Assembly: GCF_963921235.1 (NCBI RefSeq)
Contig: NC_086097.1
Coordinates: forward strand, 163,558,001-163,622,000
Reading direction: 5' to 3'
Source: Mobula hypostoma
Lineage: Eukaryota
DNA length: 64,000 nucleotides
Part shown: positions 23,059 to 37,255 of the stretch, piece after piece
Layout of the letters: each line of letters starts with the position of its first letter
How positions within the stretch are numbered: the first letter of the stretch is position 1
Position numbers and translations under genes: made by a program
Notes under the pieces: model-generated
What the model saw: the letters and a program-made list of their open reading frames with translations, nothing else
Database searches by the model: none
Told to the model about the DNA's origin: nothing

Positions 23059-25858
23059 GCATAGAACCATAGAACACTACAGCGCAGAAAACAGGCCATT
23101 CTAGTCTGTGCCGAAACTTTATTCCACTAGTTCCATTGACCTGAACCCAGTCCATATCCCTCTAGACCTCTCCCATCCATGTATCTATCCAATTTATTCT
23201 TAAAACTTAAGAGTGAGCCCGCATTTACCACGTCAGATGGCAGCTTGTTCCACCCTCCCACCACTCTCTGAGTGAAGAAGTTCCCCCTAATGTTCCCCCT
23301 AAATCTTTCCCCTTTCACCCTAAAGCCATGTCCTCTCGTATTTATCTCTCCTAATCTAAGTGGAAAGAGCCTACTCGCATTTACTCTGACTATACCCCTC
23401 ATAATTTTGTAAACCTCTATCAAATACCTCCTCATTCTTCTATGCTCCAAGGAATAAAGTCCTAACCTGTTCAGTCTTTCCCTGTAACTCAACTCCTGAA
23501 GACCTGGCAATATCCTAGTAAATCTTCTCTACACTCTTTCAATCATGCTGATATCCTTCCCATAGTTAGGTGACCAGAACTGCACAATACTCCAAATTTG
23601 GCCTCACCAATGTCTTATACAACCTCACCATGACATCCCAACTCCTATACTCAATACTTTGATTTATGAATGCCAGGATGCCAAAAGCCTTCTTTACAAC
23701 CCTGTCTACCTGTGACACCACTTTCAGGGAATTATGTGTCTGAACTCCCAGATATCATTGTTCCTCTACACTCCTCAGTGCCCTACCATTTACTGTGTAT
23801 GTCCTACCTTGATTTGTCCTTCCAAAATGCAACACCTCACATTTGTCTGCATTGAATTCCATCTGCCATTTTCTGGCCCATTTTTCCAGTTGGTCCAGAT
23901 CCCTCTGCAAGCTTTGAAAACCTTCCGCGTTGTCCACAACCCCTCCAGTCTTAGTGTCATCAGCAAACTTGCTGATCCAATTTACCATATTATCATCCAG
24001 ATCATTGATATAGACAACAAACAACAATGATCCTAGCACAGATCCTTGAGGCACACCACTAGTCACAGGCCTCCAGTCTGAGAAGCAATCATCCACTACC
24101 ACTCTCTGTCTTCTCCCACACAGCCAATTTCGAATCCAGTTTACAACCTCTCCATGGATACCTAATGTCTGAACTTTCTGAACTAACCTCCCATGTGAGA
24201 CCTTGTCAAAGGTCTTACTGAACTCCATGTAGACAACATCCACAGCCTTTCCTTCGTCTACTTTCTTGGTAACCTCTACAAGATTCGTTAAACACAATCT
24301 ACCACGCACAAAGCTATGCTGACTATCCTTAATCAGCCCTTGGCTGTCCAAATACTTGTATATCCGATCTCTTAGAACACCTTCCAATAATTGACCTACT
24401 ACTGATGTCAGGCTCACCGGTCTGTAATTACCTGGTTTACTTTTGGAACTTTTTTTAAACAACGGAACAACATGAGCTACCCTCCAATCCTCCAGCACCG
24501 CACCTGTGGCTAAGGATATTTTAAATATTTCTGCCAGGGCCCCTGCATTTTCTGCACTAGTCTCTCTCAAAGTCCAAGGAAATATTATGTCAGGTCCGCT
24601 ACCTACCTTTATTTGCTGTAAGGCAGCAAGCACCTCCTCCTCTTTAATCTCTATATGTTCCATGACACTACTGCTTGTTTCCCTTCCTTCCATATACACT
24701 CTGCCAGTTTCCCCAGTAAATACTGATGCAAAAAAACTGTTTAAGATCTCCCCCATCTCGTGAGGCTCCACACATAGACGACCACTCTGATCTTCTAGGG
24801 GACCAATTTTGTCCCTTACTATCCTTTTACTCTTAATATACTTGTAGAAACCCTTCAGGTTTACCTCCACATTATCTGCCAAAGCAACCTCATGTCTTCT
24901 TTTTGCCTTCCTGATTTCCTTCTTTAGTATTTTCTTACATTTTCTATACTCTTCAAGTACTTCATTTGTTCCTTGTTGCCTATACCTGCTATTCACCTCT
25001 CTCTTTTTCTTAACCAGATCGCTAATATCCCTTGAAAACCAAGGTTCCCTATGCCTCTTAACTTTGTCTTTAATCCTGGCAGGAACATGCAAACTCTGCA
25101 CTCAAAATTTCGCCTTTGAAGGCCTTCCACTTACTGAACAAATCCTTGCCAGAAAACAACTTATCCCAATCCAATCTTCCTAGATCATTTCTCATTTCTA
25201 CAAAATAGGCCCTTCTCCAATTTAGAACCTCGACTCAAGGACCAGACCTGTCCTTATCCATAATTAACTTGAAACTAATGACATTATGGTCATTGGACCC
25301 AAAATGTTCACCTACACATACTTCTGTCACCTGACCTGTCTGGTTTCCTAATAGGAGATCAAGTATTGCATCCTCTCTCGAAGGTACCTCTATATATTGA
25401 TTTAGAAAACTTTCCTGAACACATTTGACAAACTCCATGCCATTTAGCCCTTCCATAGTGTGGGAGTCCCAGTCAATATGTGGAAAGTTAAAATCCCCTA
25501 CTATTACAACTTCCTGTTTCTTACATCGATCTGCTATCTCTCTACAGATTTGCTCCTACAATTCTCTCTGACTATTGGGCAGTCTATAATACAACCCTAT
25601 TAGTGTGGTCACACCTTTCCCGTTCCTCAGCTCCACCCATATGGCCTCTGTAGACAAGCCCTCCGTGCTGTCCTGTCTACGCACAGCTGTGATATTTTCC
25701 CTGACTAGTAATGCCACTCCTCCCCCTTTCATCCCTCCCCCCATCACATCTGAAACAATGGAACCCCGGAACATTAAGCTGTCAGTCCTGCCCCTCCTGC
25801 AACCAAGTCTCACTAATAGCATTAATGTCGTAATCCCACATGCCAATCTGTGCCCTAA
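23059..25858 (-). mobile_element. CR1 LINE, about 2.8 kb, 5'-truncated within the endonuclease
   Basis: 448-aa ORF 23755..25101 has NYRPVSLTSVVG, SGVPQGSVLG and KFADDTK. Endonuclease motifs (GGGVALLV, YYRLPN, LDLLL, GSNDHN) are upstream; the tail reads catagaaccatagaac. Confidence 0.96.
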
Positions 25859-26932
25859 GGGGAGAAGGCCAGGCTAGTTTATGTCAAATAAATCATATTG
25901 CAAAAGAGGTGGGTGCTTGGCTCAATATTTAATATCTATGACATTGGTAAAGGAAGGTAAGATGTTTCATTCATATCGCAACTTTCAGACAATCGGGACT
26001 AGCATAAAACACCTCGTAGCCAATCCACTTCCTTTGAAGTGTGGTTACTTTGATGATAACGGGAGAGGCTGAACTGGTTTTTGCGTAGCAAGTTCCAATG
26101 AATGATACGAAGGAGCAATTAGAGTCTTAGTGGTACTGCTCGAGGAAGAATGCTAACTATGGCACGAGTGAAAATAGTTACCGGAACCTTTTGTTAGAGT
26201 AGATGAAACCTGGTTTAACACCTTGTCCATAAAGTACTCCCTCAGATCTGTGCCAACTAAGATTATGTGAGCAGATGCTAAAATGGGTTGTGGTCCATGA
26301 CATTTTGGCTCACTCTGAAATGTAGTGTGATGATCTGTGAAGTTAAAGATGGAATGAACGGCTCTCACTTTAGGATATCCCAGGAATTTCCATTCTGTTT
26401 ATTTCTAGTGCCCAAATGGACACCAAGTACTGAGTTTATGTTGACTTGTCAGTGCAGTCCTAATGTCCAAAGAGTCAGAGTATCACTTCTGCCATCTCAG
26501 AAGCAGTTTGTTATTCCACAATCTGGTGAATACAGTGAATGTTTGCTTTATCATATCAGCAGACTCATATTTATTGAAGTCTCTTTTCAATTTTAGAGGG
26601 TAAATGGAGAACTGCTTCATAAAACAAAGTGAAAATTGATTAATGCTTGTTTTATTTTCTTGTTCTACTGATCTACTGCTTAAATTATTTTTTTGGCACA
26701 TTATAGGGGCAAGCAACGATATCTTGCAGAAATGGAATTGGTTCATGTGTTAACATCAAGGTCAGATGTGATGACCATGGAAAGTATACTGTTGGATTGA
26801 CTTTTTACTCAATCGCTAGCAACTTGAGAAGCAAATAACACCATGGCCTGTTTATATAATCATCGATTACTTTTGCCAGCAGAAAATGTTGGTGACCAAA
26901 TAGAGCATTTGGTTCATCTTTCATTATTTTTT

Positions 26933-27190
26933 CATAGAAACATAGAAAATAGGTGCAGGAGTAGGCCATTCGGCCCTTCGAGCCTGCACCGCCATTTATC
27001 ATGATCGTGGCTGATCATCCACCTCAGAACCCTGCACCAGCCTTCCCTCCATACCCTCTGATCCCTTTAGCCACAAGGGCCATATCTAACTCCCTCTTAA
27101 ATATAGCCAATGAACTGGCCTCAACTGTTTCCTGTGGCAGAGAATTCCACAGATTCACCACTCTCTGTGTGAAGAAGTTTTTCCATCTTT
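26933..27190 (-). mobile_element. CR1 LINE 3' end
   Basis: catagaaacatagaaaataggtgcaggagtaggccattcggccc... with an octamer tail; antisense FFTQRVVNLWNSLP. Confidence 0.9.
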
Positions 27191-27714
27191 GACTTGCTCC
27201 TCTTATTTTTTCTGAACTGACTTATACTGATCCATTACTTCAGCCATGGCAAACAGCTACGAAAGGTGAATGACCTGACACATTAACTCTGTTTCTTCTC
27301 AGAATTTGCTGTATTTACTGTTTTTATTTTCTGATTCCCACAATTTTTGATTTTTGAAATATGCAGTCCAATTTGGAAGAAGGATTCTGATTCCATTAAT
27401 ACTGCAGAGTAATTTTGAGTAATTTTTAGCTGAGTAATTTTGCAGTAGGACTTCTATCTGTATACTGGTGGATGCAACAATCCCGGCTTAAGTTCAAGTG
27501 TATTGTCATCTGACTGTACATATATGCAACCAATGAGACAATGTTCATCCAGACCATGGTGCAACCACAAAACGTATATCAGACACAACACATAAAACAA
27601 AATATTAAGTGTACCCTACAGGTAAACAGAATAAACAGCTCACTTTCCTAGTGATGAGACCTTGGTGGTGGTAAGGTATTAATATATCTCACAGCCTGAG
27701 GGAAGTAGTTTTGT

Positions 27715-28110
27715 TTCTTTGGGGGACAAAGAAGTGCTGGATGAACTTAATAAGTATTTTGTGTCAGTTATCAGTATGGAAGACATGAGCAGTATGTTAG
27801 AAATTCAAGAGTGTCAGTGAGTAGAGGTGAGTGTAGTTGCTATTACTAAGGAAACTGCTTGGGAAACTGAAAGGTCTGGATGTAGATAGGACATCTAGAC
27901 TAGATGGACCATACCACATAGTTCTGAAAGAGGTAGCCGAAAAGATTCTGGAGGCATTAGTAATGATCTTTCAAGTGTCATTAGGTTCTGGAGGACTGGA
28001 AAATTGAAAATGCCATTCCACTCTTCATGAAGGGAGGGATGCAGAAGAAAGGAAATTATAGGCCATTTTGCCTGATTTCACTGGTTGAGTTGGAGTCTAT
28101 TATCAAGGAT
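27715..28110 (+). mobile_element. CR1 LINE ORF2 fragment
   Basis: Similar to 19840-20240 (..EVAEKILEALVMIFQ..KGNYRP). Confidence 0.8.
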
Positions 28111-29390
28111 TCCTGGTCTCTCATGTCTTCCTTTGAATGAATTTAATGTTTGAGGTTACAAAACAAAACATTGGTGAAGAGGTATTAAAAAAACACCATG
28201 ATCACTACTGACCTGTTCAAGCACAGCAAGGAACAGCAAAACAGAGCAGCATGTGTTCTTCAGAAGGGAAGGCACAATCAAGGTTTTTTTAAAAAAAGCA
28301 GAAAATGGAACAATTCACAGGTTCATAAAGAGTGAGTACTAGGTGATAATAATCATAAAAACAAGACAGAAGTGGCTGGTTATGTTGGAAAACTTCACGT
28401 GTTTGATTACACAAAAGATAACTGGAATATGTCCTGAGCTAATTCAACAATATTTTGAAGCAAATATAATAACGGGTGAGAAACGAGTACCAATTTTGCC
28501 GTGTGCATTGTGTTTAAAGGCGTGCATTTGGCTTCATGAACATTTAGAGCCAAAGCCAATTTTGTTTGCAGAACTCTTTAGGTTTCTTAAGCAGATTCAA
28601 AAAGAAGGGGAGTCCATTTCAGCATATGTTGCTGAATTGAAAAGATTGTCTGAGCATTGACAGTTTGGTAATGGGTTTAATGATGCACTTGGAGATCATT
28701 TACTTTGTGGAATCTTCCGAGAAAGCATTGAAAAATGGCTCTTTACTGAAGCACAACTCACATTTAAAAGAACAGTTGAAATTACTGTTTCAATGGAACA
28801 GAGAGAAAAGCAATTGAGTTGCAGTCAGGAATGAAAGTGAGTGTGAACCAAATTGCAAAGTCGAAACAGAAACTGACCTGGCTGAACAAATTGTGTTACC
28901 ATTGCAGCGGGGGCTCACATTCACCAAACAAATGTATGTTTAAAGGTGAATCTTCAAAAACAGCACTAATCTGCACACAATTGATGGAAAATATGGTAAT
29001 GATGAGAACTTTGTAGCCTTGAGATTTACAGTGTGAAAATTAACAGTAGATGATCAATATGGCTTACACCAGAAGAGAATGGCATATTAATTAAAGTGGA
29101 ATTGGATACTGGTTTGGCAATTTCTGTCATTCTACAAAATGAGTTTGAATGGCATTTCGAAGATGCTAAACTGAAGCCTGTAGATATCCAACTAAGAACA
29201 CACACTGAAGAAAAGGTAACTCCTGTGGGAATGACATTTGTGACGGTGAAATACAACAACCAACAAGCCACATTGAGCTTGTATATGGTAAAAACAGGAG
29301 GGCCAGCATTGTAGGAATGTGAGTGACTGAGAGAGCTATACAGTCTAAAAGCAAATTAAGAAAGGCACTGGATGATGCCATAACTATCTC
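28110..29390 (+). mobile_element. Gypsy/Ty3 LTR retrotransposon remnant (LTR end/PBS-like, gag, protease)
   Basis: aaaaca-ttggtgaagagg junction near 28170. Gag 'YFEAN..QKEGESISAYVAELKRLSEH', 'EAQLTFKRTVEI', zinc knuckle CYHC...H....C and protease 'ELDTGLAISVI'. Confidence 0.88.
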
Positions 29391-29959
29391 CAAGCTGTAC
29401 TCCATGAACTGTTGCCCAACAGGTGTTGGTGCCAACCTCTGTGCCTCTGGTTGGAAGCTATTTTGGACTGACAAAGAACCATGCTGCTCAGAGGAATCAT
29501 AAAAGTTATGAAAAAAATGGTCCAACTAGGCAGTTACTTGCAAAATGTGGCTTGGTTTTTAAGCTAGAAGAGAATTCAGGGAGCTTCAGGAAAGTTGCAA
29601 GCATTTGGCTTTTGTGAATATAAAGAACCAGAATCTATACTGTGCGCATGAACTTCAAATGGGTGACAAAAAGCTGCTTGTAAAAGTTGATACAAAGACC
29701 AAAGCCAAGGTAGATGAATGGAAGCCCAAAAAGAAAGGAGTAAATGGAGATACGAAAACAGAGGATTCATTACGTGATGTTGTGGATGTGGAAACTAGAG
29801 GAGAGATCAGGTTTTAAAGGGAGCAATAGAAGGATTAATAAGAGAACACTCCCGTGCCTAAAAGGCATTCGGCCTATCAGTATTGGAGGTGTTGGTCTCA
29901 TTAATGCACAAGGCGAACCTGTAATGGGTTATGGCTTCTATACCTTGCCACATGTGTAG

Positions 29960-31365
29960 GGTGTCCCTGGTGTCACAAAGGTGTTGGTGAATTTTCTGTG
30001 AGTGTTCACACTCTGATGGAACCTTAGAGTTGTTCTATCCCCTGATAGCTAAGCGGTGAATGACCTTCTGCAGTCAGTCATGGTTTTTGGTTTGCCCTGG
30101 TAGTGTAATGTTTAATCATGGTAACACCCTTAATGCATCTTCCGATGTAGCCATCACCAATCCCACATATTCATCAATGTTGACGTGATGATCATAGGTA
30201 GCCGTTTCCCTGAATATGCTCTAATCTGTGCTTTTAAAGCAGTCCTGCAGTGATGAGGTAGCACCTTCTGGCCTGGTCCAGATCTCCTTGTAAACTGGTT
30301 TAACTCATTTAACCAGTGGTTTCTAGGGTTTAGCAAACTGGATATGTGGTCTCAGTATGTGAGGTCAGAGTGGGGTATCCTTGTAGGCTCCACAAACGTT
30401 GGTATAAATCAGGTCTCATATATTCTCTCCTTTGGTTGTAAAGTTGCCATGGTGGTAGAACTTTGGCAGGACTGTTTTTAAATTTGCATGATGGAAATCA
30501 CCAGCAACAATGAAGACACCATCAGGGGTCAGTGGCTTCAATGTTGCAGATGGCACCATAGAGCTCCTGCAGAGCTTTGCAGCATCTGCACAGGAGGGGA
30601 TGCAAACAGTAGTAACCACGATGACCGTGAACACCCTCGGAAAGTAGGAGGGTCCGCACTTCACCATTAAATCTCTCTCTCTCTAGCTGTCCATCCCATA
30701 GGATGATGATGGTTCCTTTCATCCAGTTAGTGGGGTGGTACCCCACTCCTCAGAAAGGAACAGCGTTTGCGTGAGTTAAATACTCTATCTGCAGTGAACA
30801 ATGGCCTTTACTACCGAGCCGTTTACCCACCAGTTCTTATTGACGTCGACGCATAGACCTCCTCTGCAGTTCTTGCCAGAGGTCGCAGCATTTCTGACCA
30901 CCTGAACGGAATTTGCCCCTTCCAGCTGGGACCAAGTCTGGAGTGGTGTCCTGGAGCCACTCTTCTGTCAGGATAAATGTGCAGCAGTCCCTCATCTCTT
31001 GCTGGTTCAGACACAGACACTGGCAATCCAGTTTATTTTCTAGCGACTGGACATTAGTGAGTAAAATCATCGGGAGCAAGGGCTTGCAAGGTTCCTGTTT
31101 TTAGTTTTAGTTAAACGCTGGTCCACTTAATGCACTTCTGCGTCATCATGCACTGCTTTTAATATCCGCTTTCCTGAGTGAGTGAGGAGTGAGATCCCGC
31201 TCCACGCGTTAGTCCGTAACTGTGTAGCACCTTCGTTATCCCACTTGCTATTGAGGTAGACTTGCAGATTTTGATGTTCTTTATGATCAGCAGTTTTTTC
31301 AATCATAGAAAACATCTGCAAGGCAAGAGGAGAGGGGGCTGCAACTGTGGATGGCACCATCTTGA
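29960..31365 (-). mobile_element. Rex1-type LINE 5' portion with APE endonuclease
   Basis: LP.ILLTNVQSLENKLD, FILTEEWL and FIVAGDFHHANLK motifs. The 5' end starts tcaagatggtgcc; an unrelated insert of about 100 bp sits near 30688-30785. Confidence 0.85.
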
Positions 31366-31609
31366 TTGCATTGAATAGATCTAGATTTCAAAAGTACAGC
31401 ATGAGCTTAGCAACTTGACTGCATAATTAACGCACAAATTCAGAGATAAATTTCTACCCCATCTCCTTCATGACTTCCCTATCATCTTCATATACATCCT
31501 AACATTCAAAATTGGCTTTGAACTTGCAACTCTCTGGCTTATGGACAGCTCACCTAACTCTAAGTAAGATGAGAACAATCCATGCATCCTGGATTTAATC
31601 CAGCACTCA

Positions 31610-31765
31610 AGAACATAAGAAAGTAGGAACAGGAGTAGACCACCAGATCCCACAAGCCTGTGCTGCCATTCAATATGATGATAGCTGATTATGCTAGCCT
31701 CGACTCCTCATCTGTGACAGTCACACATAACTTCAGTTCCTCCATCTTTTAAAAATGTATCTAAT
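31610..31765 (-). mobile_element. Old CR1 3' end
   Basis: aagaacataagaaagtaggaacaggagtagacca... is similar to 26933. Confidence 0.65.
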
Positions 31766-32701
31766 TAAATAATGTGGCAAGATAAGTGCGTAATTTCATT
31801 TAAGTCAAATATAATTTTCTCTGCAACCAGGTAGCCAGCAAATGCTCTTGATTGCTCTAGAAAATCTTGTGCTACAATTTTTCAGGAATTTAAATCACTC
31901 ATGCCATAAAGTATTAACTGTGTGAAGTTGACATTATCTGCAACCTTGTCCTGGGGTTGACTTTCAAAGTAAATAGGAGTGTGCCATGCATCATTAACTT
32001 TTGTATATTCAGGCAGTTGAGAGTTGAAGCTCTCTTGTGTGATCTGGCAGCCTCTTGACCACTTGTCAGGCTGAGTGATTAATGTCTATTGTGTATCTTG
32101 ATGACAAGCTATTCCTGCGTTTGGAATTAATTTTGAGGCATTTTTGTGCCTTGAACTGACTACTGCTGTGGTCTAATTTTTCATCAGTTTTGACTTTGTT
32201 CATTAAATGCCTGTTTAAGTGCCTGTTTTGATTATTTTATGTATTTTTCAACAAATTGCCCTCTTCATTTCTCTTCCCATGGCTTTTGACTAATCTGTTG
32301 ACCTTTGATTAGGAACTTTGTTCCTTTTTTTCTCAGTATTATAAGCTAATTTTTGTTTGTCCCAGTAAACTACTCCTTTTACTCAGAGTGCTTGCAAGCG
32401 TGTTGTTGACAATAATATTTGCCCTGAGGTTTTGGAGCATCTGAAATCAATCTTTAACAAAGAGCAGCTTCAGAAACAACTAAACCGCTTCATACCCAAT
32501 TAACCATATAGTGTGGGTTCTGTGCATATTGGAAAATGTGAAGCTAAGGTCTTTTGGTCAGCTGTTTCCTCTTCAGTGCTAAGTTTCCTGATTAGCAGTG
32601 TCCTTAAGGCAGATGAGTGAGATTTGACTGCTAGATAGAGTCACAGAAAGAAGCCTTTCAATCCATGTCAACTGGAGCAGAGTTTTTCATCTGATTGACA
32701 A

Positions 32702-32976
32702 GATGGTGTAGTGGTTAGTGCAATCATTTACATCAAAGTGATGACTGATCATGATCCATTTTCTGCCGCTGTCTGGAGTGAGTTTGTGTATTCTCCCTGT
32801 GTACGGGGAATTTCCTATAGGTATTCCGATATCCTGCCACATTCCAAAATTGTACATTTAAGGTTAGTGAGTTGTGGGCCTAGCACATCCTTGGACTGTG
32901 TTGGTTGATGACACAGTGCATTTCACTGTATATTTAAATGTTTCTATCTACACATAACAAAGCTGATCTATCTTTT
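32702..32976 (+). mobile_element. tRNA-derived V-SINE (HE1-like)
   Basis: A-box-like tggtgtagtgg, then a decayed V domain (gagtttgtgtattctccctgtg...tttcct...ccacattccaaa) and a tail ending acaaagctgatct. Confidence 0.7.
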
Positions 32977-33989
32977 CAACGTGGTGACTCTGTTTTTGTT
33001 TTGTAATCTTCTGGTTTACAGCACAAGTTACGAAGGTTACTGGCTTTGCCACTTTTTAATCCTTCTGCCACTGCCTGTTCTGATCTCACCGGCAATATTA
33101 ATATCTTTCTCTGTAACCACTTGTTGAAAACTTCCATAATTTAATATCTCTTGATGAAACCTTCTCTCAGATTCTGCTCTTTTCAGACCTTTGACAAACT
33201 GATCAATATGCTCAGCTTAAGCTTTGCCAGTCTGACAATGTCCCTGTTGGTATCTACCTTCCCTTGTGCTATTGTACCAAGGCTCTGATATCTTCTCCCT
33301 TACACCAATAAAACTCAATGGAGTATTACTGGAAAATAGAGCTATCTTTTATTTTGTGAGCCAAAGTAAAAGATTCTTTATATTATAATAGAAGCAATTT
33401 AGCTAGCTTATTCAGAGATCATCACAAGGAATATTATTGGGTTTCAGCTGTACATGGTCCACCATTCTGCTGCTTGAAGGACAGGTAAAAGCCCTGGGAA
33501 AGATTTCAGATTGTTTATTTTGCCCATTGTTTCCTTCTTTCCTGGATATTTTGCTAGTTATGAATACTGTTGAATTCATGACAACCTCTTTTCTGATGGA
33601 TAGTTGCTGAACAAGGAACCAATTGTAAGGAAATTCAATCCTAAATTTTTTTCTTCATTCCTCTTTCAATGTTTCTCCATTCATGAAGCCTTTAGAGCCT
33701 TGTGAAATTAGATTTGCAAAGGCAGTGGCCACCTTCTGCCATTTTTCTTCCTCCAAATTTATAAAGGCAGTCGACAGAGATAATGGACAAATTGTGAGGC
33801 CTTCCTAGTCTGAGAGACTTAGTTTCCCTCTCATCCATTGTCTAGGTGTAAGAAGCACTAGGTGTAAGAAGGTTCGGGATTGACTGGTTATTTTGTAATT
33901 ACTTAGTTCTACCATAATTGCATTTTTTAAATGGTATCACTACAAGTTAACGGTGAAAGCCTTGGTCTATTTGCTCCTTGTTCCTCGTT

Positions 33990-34580
33990 CCTTATCGAAG
34001 AGATATTGGTGTTAGTTGTTGGCTTTCTGTCATTGTCCATCATTTGAGCTTGGCCAATTCAGCAGGAGGCTGTGTTGTTGCTTGAGTGCGTTCCATCTGG
34101 TGACAGGACTCCCACAGTGTCATTGGGAAAGAATCCCAGCACTACAGCCAATAATGCCGAAGGAACCTCAATATATTTCCATGTCTAAGTGGTGCATGAC
34201 TTTGGGATGGTGGTGTGTTCCCACATGGGAGGTATTGTTGAAGAAGCTGTCCGTGGTTAGTATAGGGCACTTTGCAATTTGTACAACTTGCAGCCTCAGT
34301 GTGCCTGCTGTGGAGGCATTAAATATGTAAGGTGATGTTTGGAATATTGGGGTGGTTACAGTTAAGCATTTGATTTAATCTGGATAATGGAAAGATTGAA
34401 GTATTGTTGAAATTTCACCCTAACAGGATTCAGGAGAGCATTCCATCACACCTTCAACTCCTGTCTTGTAACTGGTGGGAAGCCTTTTGGGGTTCAGGAG
34501 TGAGTTATCTGCAATAGAATGCCTAGCTCCTGACCTGTGCTCATAGCTGAAGTATGTATCCAGTGAATTTTCTGTTAAAA
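33990..34580 (-). mobile_element. Ancient CR1/L2-group LINE fragment
   Basis: 34430-34580 aligns by eye with 13940-14090 (agcattccatcac...gagtgagtta..). Confidence 0.45.
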
Positions 34581-34709
34581 TCCTAAAGTTTCAGCTGAGT
34601 CAGGATGTTAACCTTCCGTAGTTACTAACCCGGGAGTACTGTACCCCAGTGCATCTATGAGATACATAGTGACAGTCTCAATAAATAATAAGACCCAATC
34701 TATTTGTGA

Positions 34710-35025
34710 TAGGAGTCACAGAGTGATATATCATAGTAACTGATCTTTCAGTCCAATGGGTCTCTGTTGACCATCAAGCACATGTTTACACTAATCATTT
34801 TGTTCCCCATTAACTCCTCCAAGATTCCACCACGTACCCACACAATAGGGGCAATTGACAGTGGCCAGCTCAGCTACCAACTCACACATTTGCAAGAAGA
34901 CACCAGAGAAGTTAGAGGAAGTTTATGCAGTTGGGGAAAGTGCATTCAGCATCCCCGCCCCCCCCCCCACCCACAGACTGGACTGGGAGTAAGAATCAAA
35001 CACAGATGGCTTGACATTGAACTGC
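34710..35025 (-). mobile_element. V-domain SINE, degenerate
   Basis: cacacaataggggcaattgacagtggcc...ctaccaac; the B-box-like end reads agaatcaaacac. Confidence 0.5.
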
Positions 35026-36274
35026 CCCTGAATTTGTCATCTCTTGAGCATGTTGTTTCTACTGAATGGTAATGAAATACTGTATGCCCTAAGAGAACAG
35101 GCATGAGTTTTAAGGAGTTAGGACAGGAGGTCCCCAAGACTGTGTGACTATTTGGAGGAGATTGACAGTATGTGCAATGGATTCCCACAAGGAAAAGCTT
35201 TTATACTACATTTATGGAGCCAAGTGCTACCATGCTACAGAATCTCATCCTAATGGCAGACAAGACTGCCTTCCAAATCTACCAAAAGGTTTAGAAACAC
35301 TGAAAATAGCACACTACAGTAAAAGTTTATTTCCAACCCTGTAATTCTATCTCCCAGCATTGTTCAGATGGGAATAACCCAACTGAAAGAAGGGAAACAG
35401 CAAAGTCCACAATGCGATATAATATAATTGGCCTTGGAACTGAAATTGTGTATGGTTTAAAGGAAATAGTTGGAAACTAAGACCCTTAGACAATATTACA
35501 TGGATCCCAACCTGGAGAAGCTGACAAGCAATTTTAAAAAAACAAAAGTTGACTCAGCTACAAAATAGCCGACAGCCCAAAGTCATGAAGACTGCAATGA
35601 ATTCTGAATAAAGGGCTTGTACTAAGGTCATCACTTCATGACAATGGAGTGAGTTAAATTGGTTTTTATTGTATTAGAATGTTAGATTTTATTTATTTTA
35701 GTTTTTAGCATTTTGGGAATGCATTGCACAATGCTTTTATTTTTGAAAAAAACTGAAATTCCGTGACTTACAAAATGAAGGAGTGATAAGAATACAAAAA
35801 AATAGGAAACAGTCAGGATTTCATGAGAAATTCTTTCCAATATTGCATCAAACAGGAAAGTACGTGAGTGCATTTCTTTCTATTATGGAGAAATGTATGA
35901 AGGCTTACGAGTTCTCTCTACACCTTGTAACATTCCTAACTTGAGTTTTGATGAAAATCATCAATAATGCTCCTCTCGGCGCAGATACATTCTCTGTTTG
36001 TGTTTCTTATTTCCTACTTCTGTAAGCATAATGAAATTGTACATTTTTTCACTTTGACAAGAAGGCTCCCAAATGACCCATAGTGACATGAGTAGTTATT
36101 ACTCTACCAGAACAAGGAATCTTATGATGTTGTCCTATGATACAAGATAAGCTTAATAGATACCTCACATCTGAAAGTTCGAGATATCAGAATACCCATG
36201 GAGCCACTTGGGGTGATTCAGCAGGTATTCTGTAACATAGGTGATACCCAACCTGTCTTTTAGGTAATGGAAAA

Positions 36275-37255
36275 TCACTCAAAAATCTGTCTATACCTCA
36301 GTAAAGCAGCCAGCGTGATCGCAGACCCTAGCCTCCGTGGATATTCCCCTCCCCTCCCTCGTTGGACAGAGGATACAAATTCTGAAATTACACACCACCA
36401 AGCTCATGACAGCTTCTTCCCTGCTTTTATCAGATTCTTGGATGGACTCCTTATACAATAAGGTGGAATTTTGACCTCACAATGTCCCTCATTTAGACCT
36501 TTCGCTTTATCGTTTACCTGTAGGCACAGTTTTTCACACAGAGAGTGGTGGGTGCGTGGAATGCACTGCCGGCGATGGTGGTGGAGGTGGATACAATAGA
36601 GTCTTTTAAGAGACTTTTAGATAGGTACATCGAGGTAGGAAAATAGAGGGCTATGCAGCAGGAAAAGTTTCTAGAGTGGATTACCTGGTTGGCACAAGAT
36701 TGTGAGCCGAAGGGCCTGTAATGTGCTGTAGACTTCTATGTTCTAAGCGGAGAGATTTTTCTTTAGTTTAGTGGCTGAGTTTTTATTCTGAGATGATAAT
36801 CCTTGATCATTGACACCTTAGCTAGGGAATAATGTCCCTCAAGGGACTCTGTCTTTACTTCTCACTGTCTCAGTAAAGTAGCCAGCATAACCAAAGCCCA
36901 TTCACCCAGTATATTCTTTGTTTCTAACCTATCCCTAACACTCTCCCATCGGGCAGAAGACACAAAAGCCTCAAAGCTCAAACCACTAAGCTCAGGCACA
37001 GCATCTACTGGCTGTGATAAGACTATTGAATGGTTCCCTAGTACAATAAGATGGACTCCTGACTTCTCAATCTACCTCGTTATAATTCCACAGCTTCTTT
37101 TCTAGAGCACTGCACTTTCTCTGTAACAGTAACACTTTGTTTTGCATTCTGTTACTGTTTTACCTTGTACTACCCCTGTTCCATATGAACAGTATGCAAG
37201 ACAATCTTTTCACTGTTCCTCTGTACAATAATAAACCAGTTCCAGTTCCAATTTC
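36275..37255 (+). mobile_element. Cluster of LINE 3' ends (Rex1-type 36275-36520, CR1 36525-36745, Rex1-type 36860-37255)
   Basis: DSFFPAFIRFLDG motif; tttttcacacagagagtggtgggtgcgtggaatgcactgcc (CR1); tail aataataaaccagttccagttccaatt. Confidence 0.75.

Noticed and set aside
32702..32780. tRNA gene
   Set aside because: Only a decayed A-box-like SINE head; no cloverleaf can be formed.
35070..35620. A-rich coding-like stretch
   Set aside because: Multiple stops and no motif I can assign; possibly an unrecognisable old transposon.
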